A stretch of DNA of 64,000 nt from Fibrobacter sp. (GTDB taxonomy: Bacteria; Fibrobacterota; Fibrobacteria; Fibrobacterales; Fibrobacteraceae). The translations under genes were made by a program, and so were the position numbers. Below the pieces are notes generated by a model. That model had not been told where the DNA came from and did no database searches. It worked only from the letters and a program-made list of their open reading frames with translations. The first letter of the stretch is position 1. Every line of letters begins with the position of its first letter. Shown here piece after piece: positions 39,197 through 48,998 of this stretch. The stretch covers positions 18,159-82,158 of the forward strand of contig JAZLMK010000082.1 in assembly GCA_045598645.1 (NCBI GenBank). Reading direction: 5' to 3'.

Positions 39197-42121
39197 TCAA
39201 TTTTTAAAGTCGATATTCAGAGTACGAATGAGGGAATCTAAACGACGAGTGAGTTGTTCCGCACCGAGGTAGGAAAGATGGTCGGGATTATTCGCCATTT
39301 CGTCGGTATAGTCGTGGTAGCCCATTTTATTTTCGTCCATTAAAATGAAGTTGGGATATTCCTTGCTTATATCGGCAACTTCCTGGATAAGCGCAGGAGC
39401 TTCGCTACGCAACAATCCGTATCTTCCAAAAGCACCAGTTTCCTTGTATTTAGGATTTTGAGGAACTATGACTCCAATAAGGATTATGTTTCGCTCATGG
39501 CATTTTTCAGCCATTTCCTTAATTATGTTCAAGTTGCTGTAATAGACGCTAGATTTATTTTTCATCCAGACACTGTCTTTTCTGAATGTTGGCGTAGACC
39601 AAGAATTAGGTGACAGTCCAGTAAATCCTCGAGTCTTTCTAAGATTATTTCCAGCAGCAGTCCCTGGCGAGTTATAAGTGAACCTTGCCAAATTTGATGG
39701 AACTTTATCTTTCCAAAAATCATGATGGGCGTCATAAACGTAGCCTACATATGAATCATAAGAGAATATTCCCAAATCTTCTCTATACCATATATCATTA
39801 TCAATTGAAGTTATAATTACTTTCAATTTTTTCATGTGAGGAATCACGTAATTATTAAAAAAATATTCTGTCCCCTTTATTGGATTCGAAGTCGCCGCCA
39901 GATTGACTGCAAATATTGGTTGAGAAAAATTTAAGGGAATAACTCCAAAATATGTACGGGAAGAACCTAGTATAGCAACATTTGCGCTGTCTTTGTAACA
40001 CCAGAGAAATTCCATATTATAACGCCAGACATGGGCCCACTCGTAAGCCCCCGAATTATTGTAATACATACCTGCGCTATCAGGGTCGAGTTTAAAAATA
40101 ATACCATCTGCCGGGGAGGTTTCACTGTCGCTAGACACCGCCTCGATCCAGAGGCTCGGATGCCAAAGTTCGTCGCCTTCGGCGAGGTCCGCGGTTATGC
40201 CTTCGGCGAGGTTCACGAGCGTTACCCTCTTGTGCGCCCCGTTTATGTTGGCAAGCGTCGCAACCAGGTTCTCGTTGGAGGAGCCCACCGCCCATTCGGT
40301 GTGGTCGAACGTGTAACCCTCAGGCGCTGCGACGTACTGAGTCAAGGTTCCCGTGCTATCTGCTATAAGCAGGTACTGGTGCGTGTCATACTTCTCGCCA
40401 ATATATTCACTTCCGGTTTTGCCGCCGAAATCGAGGAATGCAGTACGCTTGCTGCCATCCTGCGCCATGGATGCGTTGCAGGCCTGCTCGCCGTTGTACC
40501 AAACCGTATCCATTCCTTTATCTGTAATATTTTCGTTTTCACCTGCAATGCGGGCGCGGAGAAGTCTCGCACCCGTTACTGCAAGCCGGTTATCTTTGCT
40601 AATGCCTCCGTGGAACGAACCGTCCAGTATTTTTTGCGGTGTGCCAAATTTTCCACCGGCAAAGGATACCTGCCAGGTGCTGTAACCTTTCCACTCGGAC
40701 TCCGTCTTGTTCGAGCCCGCGTCCGTTACGTAGGTGATGACCGTGTCGCCGTCGGCGAGTACGCGCCAGCGCGGGATGGCGGCGCTTTCCACGTCAAGCT
40801 TTACGAGGCCGGAGCCTGCTTCGTCCAGGTTGCGCACGTAGAGTGCGGACTTTCCCGAGACGCCTTCCGGCTTCGTGCAGAAGGCGACGCGTTCGCCGTC
40901 GGGGGAGATTTCCGGATGGTAGACTTCGATGGAGTCACTAATTTCGGTGACGGCGGACATTCCGCTCGTGTAGTCGATGAAGGCGAGATTCCCGGTGACG
41001 TCGTTGCGGAAAGCGAGTTTTACGTTGTACGATTTCGTGTACTGGTAGATATCATAGGACGATGCTAGTGCAGTGACGATGCTTTCCGAGGCCTTGCCGT
41101 CGCTATTCATCCACAGGGGATTCGCGATGGCGCCGTACGCAAGACGGAATCCGACGTAGTCCGCCCTGGTGGACGATGTCACCGTATAGACGTCGCTGCG
41201 GCTGTAGGTGTTGATGACGCTTGCGTCGGTATTGAAAGCGCCTCCCTTCAGAATGCGCTCGTTCAGTTCGCCGCCGTCGGGAGCCCCGACATAATCCGTG
41301 ACGGTAGTGTCCCTAAATTCACCAAGCCAGTCGTACACCCATTCCATCACGTTTCCGGCGAGGTCGCAGAAGGCTAGGTCGCTAGATTCCTTGGTGCATA
41401 CTTCGTGGGCGACAAAGCCGGAGTTGCCGTTGTTCCAGCTCTTGCTTACATCCCAGCCCACGGCGGTGACCTTCACCCATTCCGCCTCGGTCGGCAAACG
41501 AAAACCATTCCGTTCAGGATGGAACATGAAGCCAGAGAGATTCGTGCAATGCCCTTCTTCGTCAAAGACAATCTGCGCGTAGTCGTAAACCGTATCGATC
41601 TCGATTTTCGGAAGCGAGGAATCCTTGGCCAGAGCCTCCGCGAAATTCCTGCTTCTGGCGTTCGCGAAGAGAACTGCGTCGTAATAGGTGACGTCCGCGA
41701 TGGGGAGAGAATCGTTTTCGCACTTGAGGCTGTTCGCAAAGTTTTTTTTGGGGCCGTACTTTTCCATAGTGCTTACGAATTCACCGCAGGTGGTCTCGTG
41801 CCTGTCCATCCAGTAATCGTAATCAAGAATGACCTTCATTTGCGGGGTTTCGCTTTCAAGGGCGCCCTTGTCATTTGTTCCAAGAAGGACGACCTTGTCG
41901 GAACCTTTGACCAAAAGCATCCCCTCTATGGTGGCATGCGCTGTTTCGGAGATTTCCTCTGGAGCCATATCATCATTTTCGCTTGTGGAATTGGAGCAAT
42001 TCCAAAAGAAAAAAGGAAAAAATGCAAAAAGAATTATTTTATTCAGCGCTTTTTCACTAGAAAACAAATGCATACACATAAGCAAAACACCTTCTATTTT
42101 TTTGCTGAACAATTCCATCAC
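39197..42121 (-). CDS. TIGR02171-family lipoprotein (FGE-sulfatase-like domain, propeller-like region, variable C-terminus); start may be 42073
   Basis: FRLPTEAEW, DLAGNVMEW, YVGFRL, HPEISPDG, LGSSR and DHLSYLGA motifs. Confidence 0.8.
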   Translation of the reverse strand: MMELFSKKIEGVLLMCMHLFSSEKALNKIILFAFFPFFFWNCSNSTSENDDMAPEEISETAHATIEGMLLVKGSDKVVLLGTNDKGALESETPQMKVILDYDYWMDRHETTCGEFVSTMEKYGPKKNFANSLKCENDSLPIADVTYYDAVLFANARSRNFAEALAKDSSLPKIEIDTVYDYAQIVFDEEGHCTNLSGFMFHPERNGFRLPTEAEWVKVTAVGWDVSKSWNNGNSGFVAHEVCTKESSDLAFCDLAGNVMEWVYDWLGEFRDTTVTDYVGAPDGGELNERILKGGAFNTDASVINTYSRSDVYTVTSSTRADYVGFRLAYGAIANPLWMNSDGKASESIVTALASSYDIYQYTKSYNVKLAFRNDVTGNLAFIDYTSGMSAVTEISDSIEVYHPEISPDGERVAFCTKPEGVSGKSALYVRNLDEAGSGLVKLDVESAAIPRWRVLADGDTVITYVTDAGSNKTESEWKGYSTWQVSFAGGKFGTPQKILDGSFHGGISKDNRLAVTGARLLRARIAGENENITDKGMDTVWYNGEQACNASMAQDGSKRTAFLDFGGKTGSEYIGEKYDTHQYLLIADSTGTLTQYVAAPEGYTFDHTEWAVGSSNENLVATLANINGAHKRVTLVNLAEGITADLAEGDELWHPSLWIEAVSSDSETSPADGIIFKLDPDSAGMYYNNSGAYEWAHVWRYNMEFLWCYKDSANVAILGSSRTYFGVIPLNFSQPIFAVNLAATSNPIKGTEYFFNNYVIPHMKKLKVIITSIDNDIWYREDLGIFSYDSYVGYVYDAHHDFWKDKVPSNLARFTYNSPGTAAGNNLRKTRGFTGLSPNSWSTPTFRKDSVWMKNKSSVYYSNLNIIKEMAEKCHERNIILIGVIVPQNPKYKETGAFGRYGLLRSEAPALIQEVADISKEYPNFILMDENKMGYHDYTDEMANNPDHLSYLGAEQLTRRLDSLIRTLNIDFKN

Positions 42122-42951
42122 CTTCTTTTTCTTGGTCGACGCACCACAAAAAGGGCGGCACCAACCAACACCAAAACGACCGAGATGATTTTTCCTAAGG
42201 GGAAAGCCTCGGCGAATACCACTGCGCCAGCCAAAGTCGGCACGGCGGCACCGACAGCCGCGCTAAAAGGCACAATGAACAAGGCCCTTCCGCGAGAGAA
42301 TGAAATCTGCGAATACAGGAACGCAATCCCGTAAGTCACAATGTAGCCCCAGACTCTCGGGTCCAGGAGCAAGCCAAACACAGTCGCAGCGCTCACGGCA
42401 TCCAAGTCGAAATCCATGGCTACACTCTTGTAGAAAGCAGCCGATATGCCAAAGCCCACGCCCATAATCAAGGAATCCACCATTTCGCGATTCTTGCACC
42501 ACAGGTGCGCCACCAAGGTTATTCCGCAAACGGCGCCGGCATACGTCCAGAGCATTCCCACATCTTGGACACTAGTGGATTCCCCCAGGTTTTCAACCGA
42601 GTACAAAAGGCCGGCCACCACAAAACAAATCGCTACCACAATGCGCTTGGTGAGCGCCTCTTTCAAAATGCAGAATCCCATCAGCGCTGTCAGCACGGGA
42701 TTCAACACCATCATGGGTTGCACCTGGCTCAAATCATAGCGTGCCATGGCAATATAGTACCCCACCGTCGCAAGTCCCGAGCAACTGATTCCAAGCCACC
42801 AGAACTTGTTCGTGACGACACCCTTGAAAAACAGCCACGGTTTGGAAACCCCGCCGGTACGTTTTCCGACAGTCGACACCCCGGATTTTTCCAGGATGTT
42901 TCCGCAAGCAAACAAGAACGCGGGACCTATGGTGAGTAGCAGGAACAGCAT
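42118..42951 (-). CDS. DMT/EamA-like membrane protein
   Basis: About 9 TM segments; LSQVQP..LKE motif. Confidence 0.7.
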   Translation of the reverse strand: MLFLLLTIGPAFLFACGNILEKSGVSTVGKRTGGVSKPWLFFKGVVTNKFWWLGISCSGLATVGYYIAMARYDLSQVQPMMVLNPVLTALMGFCILKEALTKRIVVAICFVVAGLLYSVENLGESTSVQDVGMLWTYAGAVCGITLVAHLWCKNREMVDSLIMGVGFGISAAFYKSVAMDFDLDAVSAATVFGLLLDPRVWGYIVTYGIAFLYSQISFSRGRALFIVPFSAAVGAAVPTLAGAVVFAEAFPLGKIISVVLVLVGAALFVVRRPRKRR

Positions 42952-42963
42952 ACGTTCTTTTGT

Positions 42964-45288
42964 CTATAGTTTATCGTAAATTTCCTGGTAAATCCAGTAA
43001 TTGCCCATGACGCGTTTCACGTAGTCGCGGGTTTCCCAGTAACTGATTTCTTCGGCACGAACATCCCACGGGAGCCCTTCACCGGCCGCCTGCCAGCGCT
43101 TCGTAGGCTTGGGACCCGCATTGTAGTTGCCAAGGACGTACATATAATCATCGCTGTATTCGGCTTTCAAGTCCACCAGGTAGCGCACGCCAAGACGAAT
43201 ATTCATGTATGGGTTGAACAAAAGTTTCGGATCAAACCAATCGGCAATCGATTCTTTTTCGGCAAGCATCTTGCCCGTCGCAGGCATAATCTGCAAAAGC
43301 CCGCAGGCGCCCACCGGCGAAGCGATTTCAAAATTGAAGATGGATTCCTGGCGCATCACGCTATACACGAAAAACGGGTCGATACGGCTTCCGGAATGGA
43401 ATTTGACCTGTTCGGTGAAAGGAATCGGGTAAAGGTAGTGCAGTACGTCGATGGGCGGCGTCATCAGGCGGCGACGATCGATGTTGTTCTGGAACTGGCG
43501 AGCCAAGCGGTACCCCGATGCAGTCTCCCCCACCTCGTAGAACAGTTTGCCGTACTCGTACAAAAAGTCCAAGCGTTTGTAGTTCTTTTTGCGAGCCTCG
43601 TCGTACATGGCGAAAGCCTGGTCGCTAAAGCCATAGAAGAACAGTTCCTTGATGCGCTTGTAACGTTCCTGATTGTATGTGGATGTATCGGCCTTCACTC
43701 CTTTTTGCGAAGCGCGAATCCAGGCAAGTGTTTCTTCGGGCGACATGGCGACACCATGAGCGAAGGGCACCTGCTCGGCCTTCATCAACTTATATTCCAC
43801 CAACTTCGTACGAGCCCTGTGCGCGTAATAGGCCAGCGGAAAATCCTTGATGCAATCCAGGTAGGCTTCACGAGCCAAGGAATCCTTGCCAAGTTTCATA
43901 TAGGCATCGCCCAGGAACATGCGAGCACCGCTGCCACTCCACAGGAACGGATCCTTGGTAGCGTCGATAAAGGCGGCGACCGCCTCGTTCCACTTTTCTT
44001 GCTTGAAATAAATGAAACCTATACGGAACTTGGCCCACTGGCGTTTAACGTTATTCTTGAAACGCTTGTTGGAAAGTTGCTTAAAACAAACCAGGGCGCT
44101 GTCGAATTCCTGCTTTTGTTCGTACTCAAAACCGCGCACCCATAGATTGTTCGCATTTTCCTTACTGAACTGGTTTACGTCTTGCAGCAAGGAATCCATG
44201 GTCTTGATTTCTTTCGCGTACTTCTTTGCATCGTTGCGGTACAAGCGCAGCGTAGACTGCATCCACAAGGGACGTGCCTCCACAGAATCCAAAAGGAACT
44301 TGAATTGGGCAATGGATTCATTTTCCCGCTTGAGCGTGCGGAGCACCACGGCGCGTTTTTCCCAAAGGGCGATGCGCGTATCCATGTCGAAAGTACTTGC
44401 CGGCAAAAGTTTTTGCAGGGAATCTTCCGGGAGCGGCTGCGCCAGTTCCGGCTTAGCCACCAACTGCAAAGAATCCAGGATATGAATGGAATCCAGCAAA
44501 GTGAGGCAACTGGACGCTTCGTCCTTAGCACAAGCCATCTTGGCGTAAGCCACCTTCTCGGTCAAGGTTTCTGGAGTCCCCTGCACTTTGCGGAGCCTGC
44601 GAATCGCAGAAAACGCGGAATCCCTGTAAACCGAGGAACTCGTCAGCAACTGCATGTAAAGGCGCTTGGCCTGTTTCAGCTGTTTGAATTCTTCCAGGTA
44701 CATAGCGTAGCGGTACCTGAGAGCCGCGGCATCGTCACCCTTCGGGTACTTTTCAAAAAAAGCCTTCAGGGAGTCGGCATGAGCCTTATCCGTAAGGGTC
44801 GTGTCGGCCATGGCGGCTTCTATGCGCATGCGCGATGCGGACTTGTCAAAGGAGGCGTCTTTCGCAAACTTGTCGCCAAGAGCAAGGGCCGCGCGCATTT
44901 TCGGGTAATCCCCCTGCATAAAGCGAGCCTTCGCCATGCGCAGGACAACGTTTTTTTCAAGGACGGTATCCCTGGCACGCAGGCTGTCGTAAGCGGCATA
45001 GGCGCTGTCCCAGGCTTCGGTATAAAAGAAGTAGGCCGCCTTTGCAAAGTCACGGACGTTTTTGGAAAGCGAGGAATCCTCGCTAGCCTTTTTAGAGCGT
45101 TCCGCACGGACCACCAAATTCTGGAAATGGACCGACGGGATTTTTTCGATATCCTCGTAAGGGTCCGCAGGTGCCACAGGAACGGAGGCAATCAGGCTAT
45201 CGGAGGCAACTGTCGGAGCAGGAACGGGCGCTTGAGCCCAAGAAACACTAGCAACAATTAAACACGCAACACAAATTGAAAATCGCAT
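42964..45288 (-). CDS. Slt-type lytic transglycosylase with TPR-like N-terminus
   Basis: RQES, GLLQIMP.T, YNAGP and ETRDYV motifs; signal peptide from 45288. Confidence 0.9.
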   Translation of the reverse strand: MRFSICVACLIVASVSWAQAPVPAPTVASDSLIASVPVAPADPYEDIEKIPSVHFQNLVVRAERSKKASEDSSLSKNVRDFAKAAYFFYTEAWDSAYAAYDSLRARDTVLEKNVVLRMAKARFMQGDYPKMRAALALGDKFAKDASFDKSASRMRIEAAMADTTLTDKAHADSLKAFFEKYPKGDDAAALRYRYAMYLEEFKQLKQAKRLYMQLLTSSSVYRDSAFSAIRRLRKVQGTPETLTEKVAYAKMACAKDEASSCLTLLDSIHILDSLQLVAKPELAQPLPEDSLQKLLPASTFDMDTRIALWEKRAVVLRTLKRENESIAQFKFLLDSVEARPLWMQSTLRLYRNDAKKYAKEIKTMDSLLQDVNQFSKENANNLWVRGFEYEQKQEFDSALVCFKQLSNKRFKNNVKRQWAKFRIGFIYFKQEKWNEAVAAFIDATKDPFLWSGSGARMFLGDAYMKLGKDSLAREAYLDCIKDFPLAYYAHRARTKLVEYKLMKAEQVPFAHGVAMSPEETLAWIRASQKGVKADTSTYNQERYKRIKELFFYGFSDQAFAMYDEARKKNYKRLDFLYEYGKLFYEVGETASGYRLARQFQNNIDRRRLMTPPIDVLHYLYPIPFTEQVKFHSGSRIDPFFVYSVMRQESIFNFEIASPVGACGLLQIMPATGKMLAEKESIADWFDPKLLFNPYMNIRLGVRYLVDLKAEYSDDYMYVLGNYNAGPKPTKRWQAAGEGLPWDVRAEEISYWETRDYVKRVMGNYWIYQEIYDKL

Positions 45289-45292
45289 AATC

Positions 45293-47098
45293 CTAATTCT
45301 GTTTTTCGCCATCGGAAACCAACAAGCTAGAAATGCCCAAGTCCTTGATTGTCTGTGCATACTTTTGTCGCAAGTACGCATTGACACTTTCGGCATCGTC
45401 CATATGGAGCACCGTCAACGCAGTTTCACGTACATCTTCAAAGTTCATCGACCTAATGATCTTCTTGGTCGCCATCACGCTCCAAGGAGTCATGGAAAGT
45501 TCGTCCACGCCAAGGCCCACCAGCAAAAGAACGCTGAAAGGATCGGAGCCCATTTCGCCACAGACGGCAACGGGAATCCCCTGCCTGTGGGCAGCCATCA
45601 CAGTCTGGTAAATCATGGAAAGCACCGCCGGATGGTGTGGCTGGAACATATCGGTAATAAGTTCGTTGGTACGGTCCACGGCCAGCGTGAATTGAATCAG
45701 GTCGTTCGTACCGATACTAAAGAAATCGACTTCCTTCGCGAGCCTGTCCACAAGCATCACCGCGGCAGGGACTTCGATCATCACGCCCACTTTTACAGGT
45801 GGAACACTAATTCCCTGATCTTCAAGTTCCTTACGGCTACGTTCAATGCAGGCCTTCGCCTTGCGCAGTTCAGCAAGTCCCGAAATCATCGGGAGCAAAA
45901 TTCTCAAATTGCCTTTTGTATTCGCGCGCAACAAAGCCCGCAATTGCATACAAAATACATCTTCGCGGTCAAGACAAACTCGAATACTGCGCCAGCCCAT
46001 GAAGGGGTTCGCTTCGTTCACGGCGGTAATTCCAGAAACAAGTTTGTCGCCTCCGGCATCGAGCGTGCGGATTGTCACCGGACAGGGAGCCATGGTTTCG
46101 AGAATCTGGCGATAAGCCTCTTCTTGTTCCTGTTCCGAAGGAGCATCCTTGCGGAAGAACAAAAATTCGGAACGATACAGGCCTATACCTGTAGCACCAA
46201 AGTCCATCACCTTCTCGGACTCGGTCGGAAGTTCGATGTTCGCGTGCAAGGTGATGTACTTGCCATCGCGAGTCATGGGCTCCAGACGGCGCATGGTGAA
46301 CAACTCACGGCGTTGGCGTTCGAACACTTCCTGGCGTTCGTGGAACCTGCGAATATCCTCTTCGTTGGGGTTCACAATGACCATGCCACCCGAGCCGTCT
46401 ACGATGATGGTATCGTCGGGCTTGATGACAGCCGAAATATTTCGAAGGCCCGACACGGCGGGAATCTGGAGCGAACGGGCGAGAATGGCCACATGGCTAG
46501 TCCTACCACCCGTATCCATAGCAAGCGCACTCGCCTGGCCCGGCGTCATCGACATCAAGAAACTGGGCAGGAATTCGTGAGCGACGAGCACGACGCCCTC
46601 GCTTGCAGCCACATCCTCTATCACCGGTCCAGAATCTTCCATGGCCCCCATAAGGCGGTTATACAGGTCACGAAGGTCGGCGGCCTTGTCGCGCATGGCC
46701 GGTGAATCGATTTTTTCAAACTTGTCAATGTAGCCGCCAAGAACCACATGGACAGCCCAACGAGCGTTCTTGTGTTCATTCTTGATTTGGTCGAGGATTC
46801 CGTTCATGAGTCCCGGATCCTGCAGAATCATCAAGTGGGCGGCAAAAATCAAACTATCGTGAATACCCGTACGGGTCTCGGAGATTTCCTTGATTTTGTT
46901 GATTTCGGCAACAGTCTTGCTGACAGCCTTCAGGAACAACTGCTCTTCGGCGGCAATGCGACTTTCGGGCAGAGTTTCTTCGACAACCGACACTTCCCGA
47001 TTAACTATCGGGAACGCCTTTCCCATGGCAAAGCCAGGGGACGCAGGCACACCTACCAGAACAGTCCGTTCAGTTTGTGTCTTCGTTGAATTTGTCAT
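45293..47098 (-). CDS. ptsI: PTS enzyme I
   Basis: GGRTSHVAI, GIGLYRSE, RTLDAGGDK, SIGTNDL.Q and CGE motifs. Confidence 0.95.
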   Translation of the reverse strand: MTNSTKTQTERTVLVGVPASPGFAMGKAFPIVNREVSVVEETLPESRIAAEEQLFLKAVSKTVAEINKIKEISETRTGIHDSLIFAAHLMILQDPGLMNGILDQIKNEHKNARWAVHVVLGGYIDKFEKIDSPAMRDKAADLRDLYNRLMGAMEDSGPVIEDVAASEGVVLVAHEFLPSFLMSMTPGQASALAMDTGGRTSHVAILARSLQIPAVSGLRNISAVIKPDDTIIVDGSGGMVIVNPNEEDIRRFHERQEVFERQRRELFTMRRLEPMTRDGKYITLHANIELPTESEKVMDFGATGIGLYRSEFLFFRKDAPSEQEQEEAYRQILETMAPCPVTIRTLDAGGDKLVSGITAVNEANPFMGWRSIRVCLDREDVFCMQLRALLRANTKGNLRILLPMISGLAELRKAKACIERSRKELEDQGISVPPVKVGVMIEVPAAVMLVDRLAKEVDFFSIGTNDLIQFTLAVDRTNELITDMFQPHHPAVLSMIYQTVMAAHRQGIPVAVCGEMGSDPFSVLLLVGLGVDELSMTPWSVMATKKIIRSMNFEDVRETALTVLHMDDAESVNAYLRQKYAQTIKDLGISSLLVSDGEKQN

Positions 47099-47342
47099 TA
47101 AAAAGCTTTTCCAACTTTTGCACGACTTCTTCTTCGTCTTCGCCGTCTACTTCGAACTTGACCTCGGATCCCATAGGAATGGCGAGCATCATCACATTCA
47201 AAATGCTTTTAGCGTTGGCCTTGGAGCCTTCGAAAACGATGGAAACATCGCTCTGCGCAGGGCCCGTAATGTCTACAATCATCCCGGCCGGCCTAGCGTG
47301 AACGCCCAGCTTATTGGTGACTGTAAGAGTTTTAACTATCAT
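47070..47342 (-). CDS. ptsH: Phosphocarrier HPr
   Basis: GVHARPA (His15) and NAKSILNVM (Ser46). Confidence 0.95.
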   Translation of the reverse strand: MIVKTLTVTNKLGVHARPAGMIVDITGPAQSDVSIVFEGSKANAKSILNVMMLAIPMGSEVKFEVDGEDEEEVVQKLEKLFNDKFNEDTN

Positions 47343-47349
47343 TTTTTCC

Positions 47350-48258
47350 TCAGAAGAAATCTACGTTCACGTCGAGACCGTCTTGCAGGATAACCCTGAA
47401 CAGACTATCGGCGGAATGGACGGTCTTTACGAGATCGTCATGCAAAGTTTTGTCTTTAAGCAGAGTTCCAACGGTATTGTCGGGAGACTGGACCTTGGCA
47501 ATAAGATCGTCCAGATGCTTGGTCACACCTTCCAAATCGCCAATCAAGTTGTTGGCGTTCGCCATGACCTTGTCGGTACCGGCAAAAAGATTGTCTATAG
47601 GCGGCTTCACCCCGTCTACAAGGTCGTTCACCTTGACGGTCACTTCGTTCAAGCCAGCAAGGCTCTTTTTTAGTTGCGGGTCGGTGGAGTTCACAAGTCC
47701 CATCAAACGGTCTTCCAGCCCCTCGGCCTTGGTAAGGATAGTCTTGAAGCGGTCCTGGAATTCAGGATTTGCGATGGTACCGTTCAAAGCGGACTTCACC
47801 GATTCCAGAAGGACCTTGGTACTGTCGCAGACTTCGCCGGCAAGTCCAAGGGCTTCGGCGATACCGGCATCAAACTGGCCGTCAATGGTATCGCCCGGGG
47901 CAAAGTAATTGGTGGAATCGCCAAGAATCATACCAATCTGGCGTTCGCCCATGATACCGATATTCTGCACACGGATTTCAGAATCCTTCGGGATTTTCAC
48001 GTCGGTACGGAGACGAACCGTCACCACCACGCGGTGGCCAGCCAATTCGATATTTTCGACCTTGCCCAGTTTTACACCGTTCACCTTGACCGGGTCATCA
48101 AGCACCAACGTGCTCACCTGGGTAAAGCGCAAATAAAAATGGTTGAAAGTTTCGCGAGGGTCCTTTTCATTCAGAAAAAAAACGCCAAAAACCAAAATAA
48201 CCAGGGCCAGAAGTACAACCAAGCCCACAGACAAGTAGAGTGCAGAATTCTTTTTCAT
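47350..48258 (-). CDS. mlaD: MlaD/MCE-family protein
   Basis: N-terminal TM; L...DPVKVNGVKLGKV and GIMGE motifs; helical tail. Confidence 0.8.
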   Translation of the reverse strand: MKKNSALYLSVGLVVLLALVILVFGVFFLNEKDPRETFNHFYLRFTQVSTLVLDDPVKVNGVKLGKVENIELAGHRVVVTVRLRTDVKIPKDSEIRVQNIGIMGERQIGMILGDSTNYFAPGDTIDGQFDAGIAEALGLAGEVCDSTKVLLESVKSALNGTIANPEFQDRFKTILTKAEGLEDRLMGLVNSTDPQLKKSLAGLNEVTVKVNDLVDGVKPPIDNLFAGTDKVMANANNLIGDLEGVTKHLDDLIAKVQSPDNTVGTLLKDKTLHDDLVKTVHSADSLFRVILQDGLDVNVDFF

Positions 48259-48306
48259 TCTAATCCTAAATTAGCATATTCCGTAGAAATTTCAGGAATC
48301 GTATAC

Positions 48307-48336
48307 AAAAAAAGCCCCTTTTTCAGGGACTTTTTT
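48307..48336 (-). terminator. Probable bidirectional terminator
   Basis: A7-G-CCCCT...AGGG-ACT6, an imperfect inverted repeat. Confidence 0.5.
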
Positions 48337-48341
48337 CAATT

Positions 48342-48998
48342 TCAACCTTCAATTCGAGTTATGGGACTGTTGTTCTCAATGCCATTCACGTGTCGATCCA
48401 GGAAATCCCTCAAAAGGGCGTCGCGATCCGCCCGGGGCAAAAGGAACTTTTCGCGGCCTTCCTTCTGCATGAACACATCGAGATACGTCATGAGCACGCC
48501 GCCGGCGACGGAAACGTTCATGGATTCGGTAATCCCGTACTGGGGCAACTTGAACTCGTAATCGGCATGGGCCAATGTGTCGGGATGGTTTCCGTGGAAT
48601 TCGCTTCCCAGGTAAAAAGCGGTAGGCTGGCTCAAATCAAGGTCCAGAACGGAATTCGTGGTGTTCGTGCTCGCGACGGCGATTTTGTAGCCCTTGGCGC
48701 GCAACTTTTCCATGCAGAGCATGCGCTTTTTATAAAGGTAAAGGTTCATCCACTTGTAGGAGCCCTTCAAAATGGACTTGTTCACGCTGTAGGCGTTGTC
48801 CTCTTCGATAATGTGCACGTCCTGGAGGCCGAAGCATTCGGCAGTACGAATCACGGCAGAGATATTGTGGGGGTCGAACAAATCTTCCAGCACCATGCAA
48901 AAATGCCTGGTACGGCGGTTCACGACGCCCGTCAAGAGATCCTTGCGACGGTCCGTCACGCGTTCCAAAAGGGATTCCAAAGTATCTTCTGTGCTCAT
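48342..48998 (-). CDS. TrmH/SpoU-family RNA methyltransferase
   Basis: DPHNISAVIRTAECFG, GSEFHG and ESMNVSVA motifs. Confidence 0.9.
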   Translation of the reverse strand: MSTEDTLESLLERVTDRRKDLLTGVVNRRTRHFCMVLEDLFDPHNISAVIRTAECFGLQDVHIIEEDNAYSVNKSILKGSYKWMNLYLYKKRMLCMEKLRAKGYKIAVASTNTTNSVLDLDLSQPTAFYLGSEFHGNHPDTLAHADYEFKLPQYGITESMNVSVAGGVLMTYLDVFMQKEGREKFLLPRADRDALLRDFLDRHVNGIENNSPITRIEG

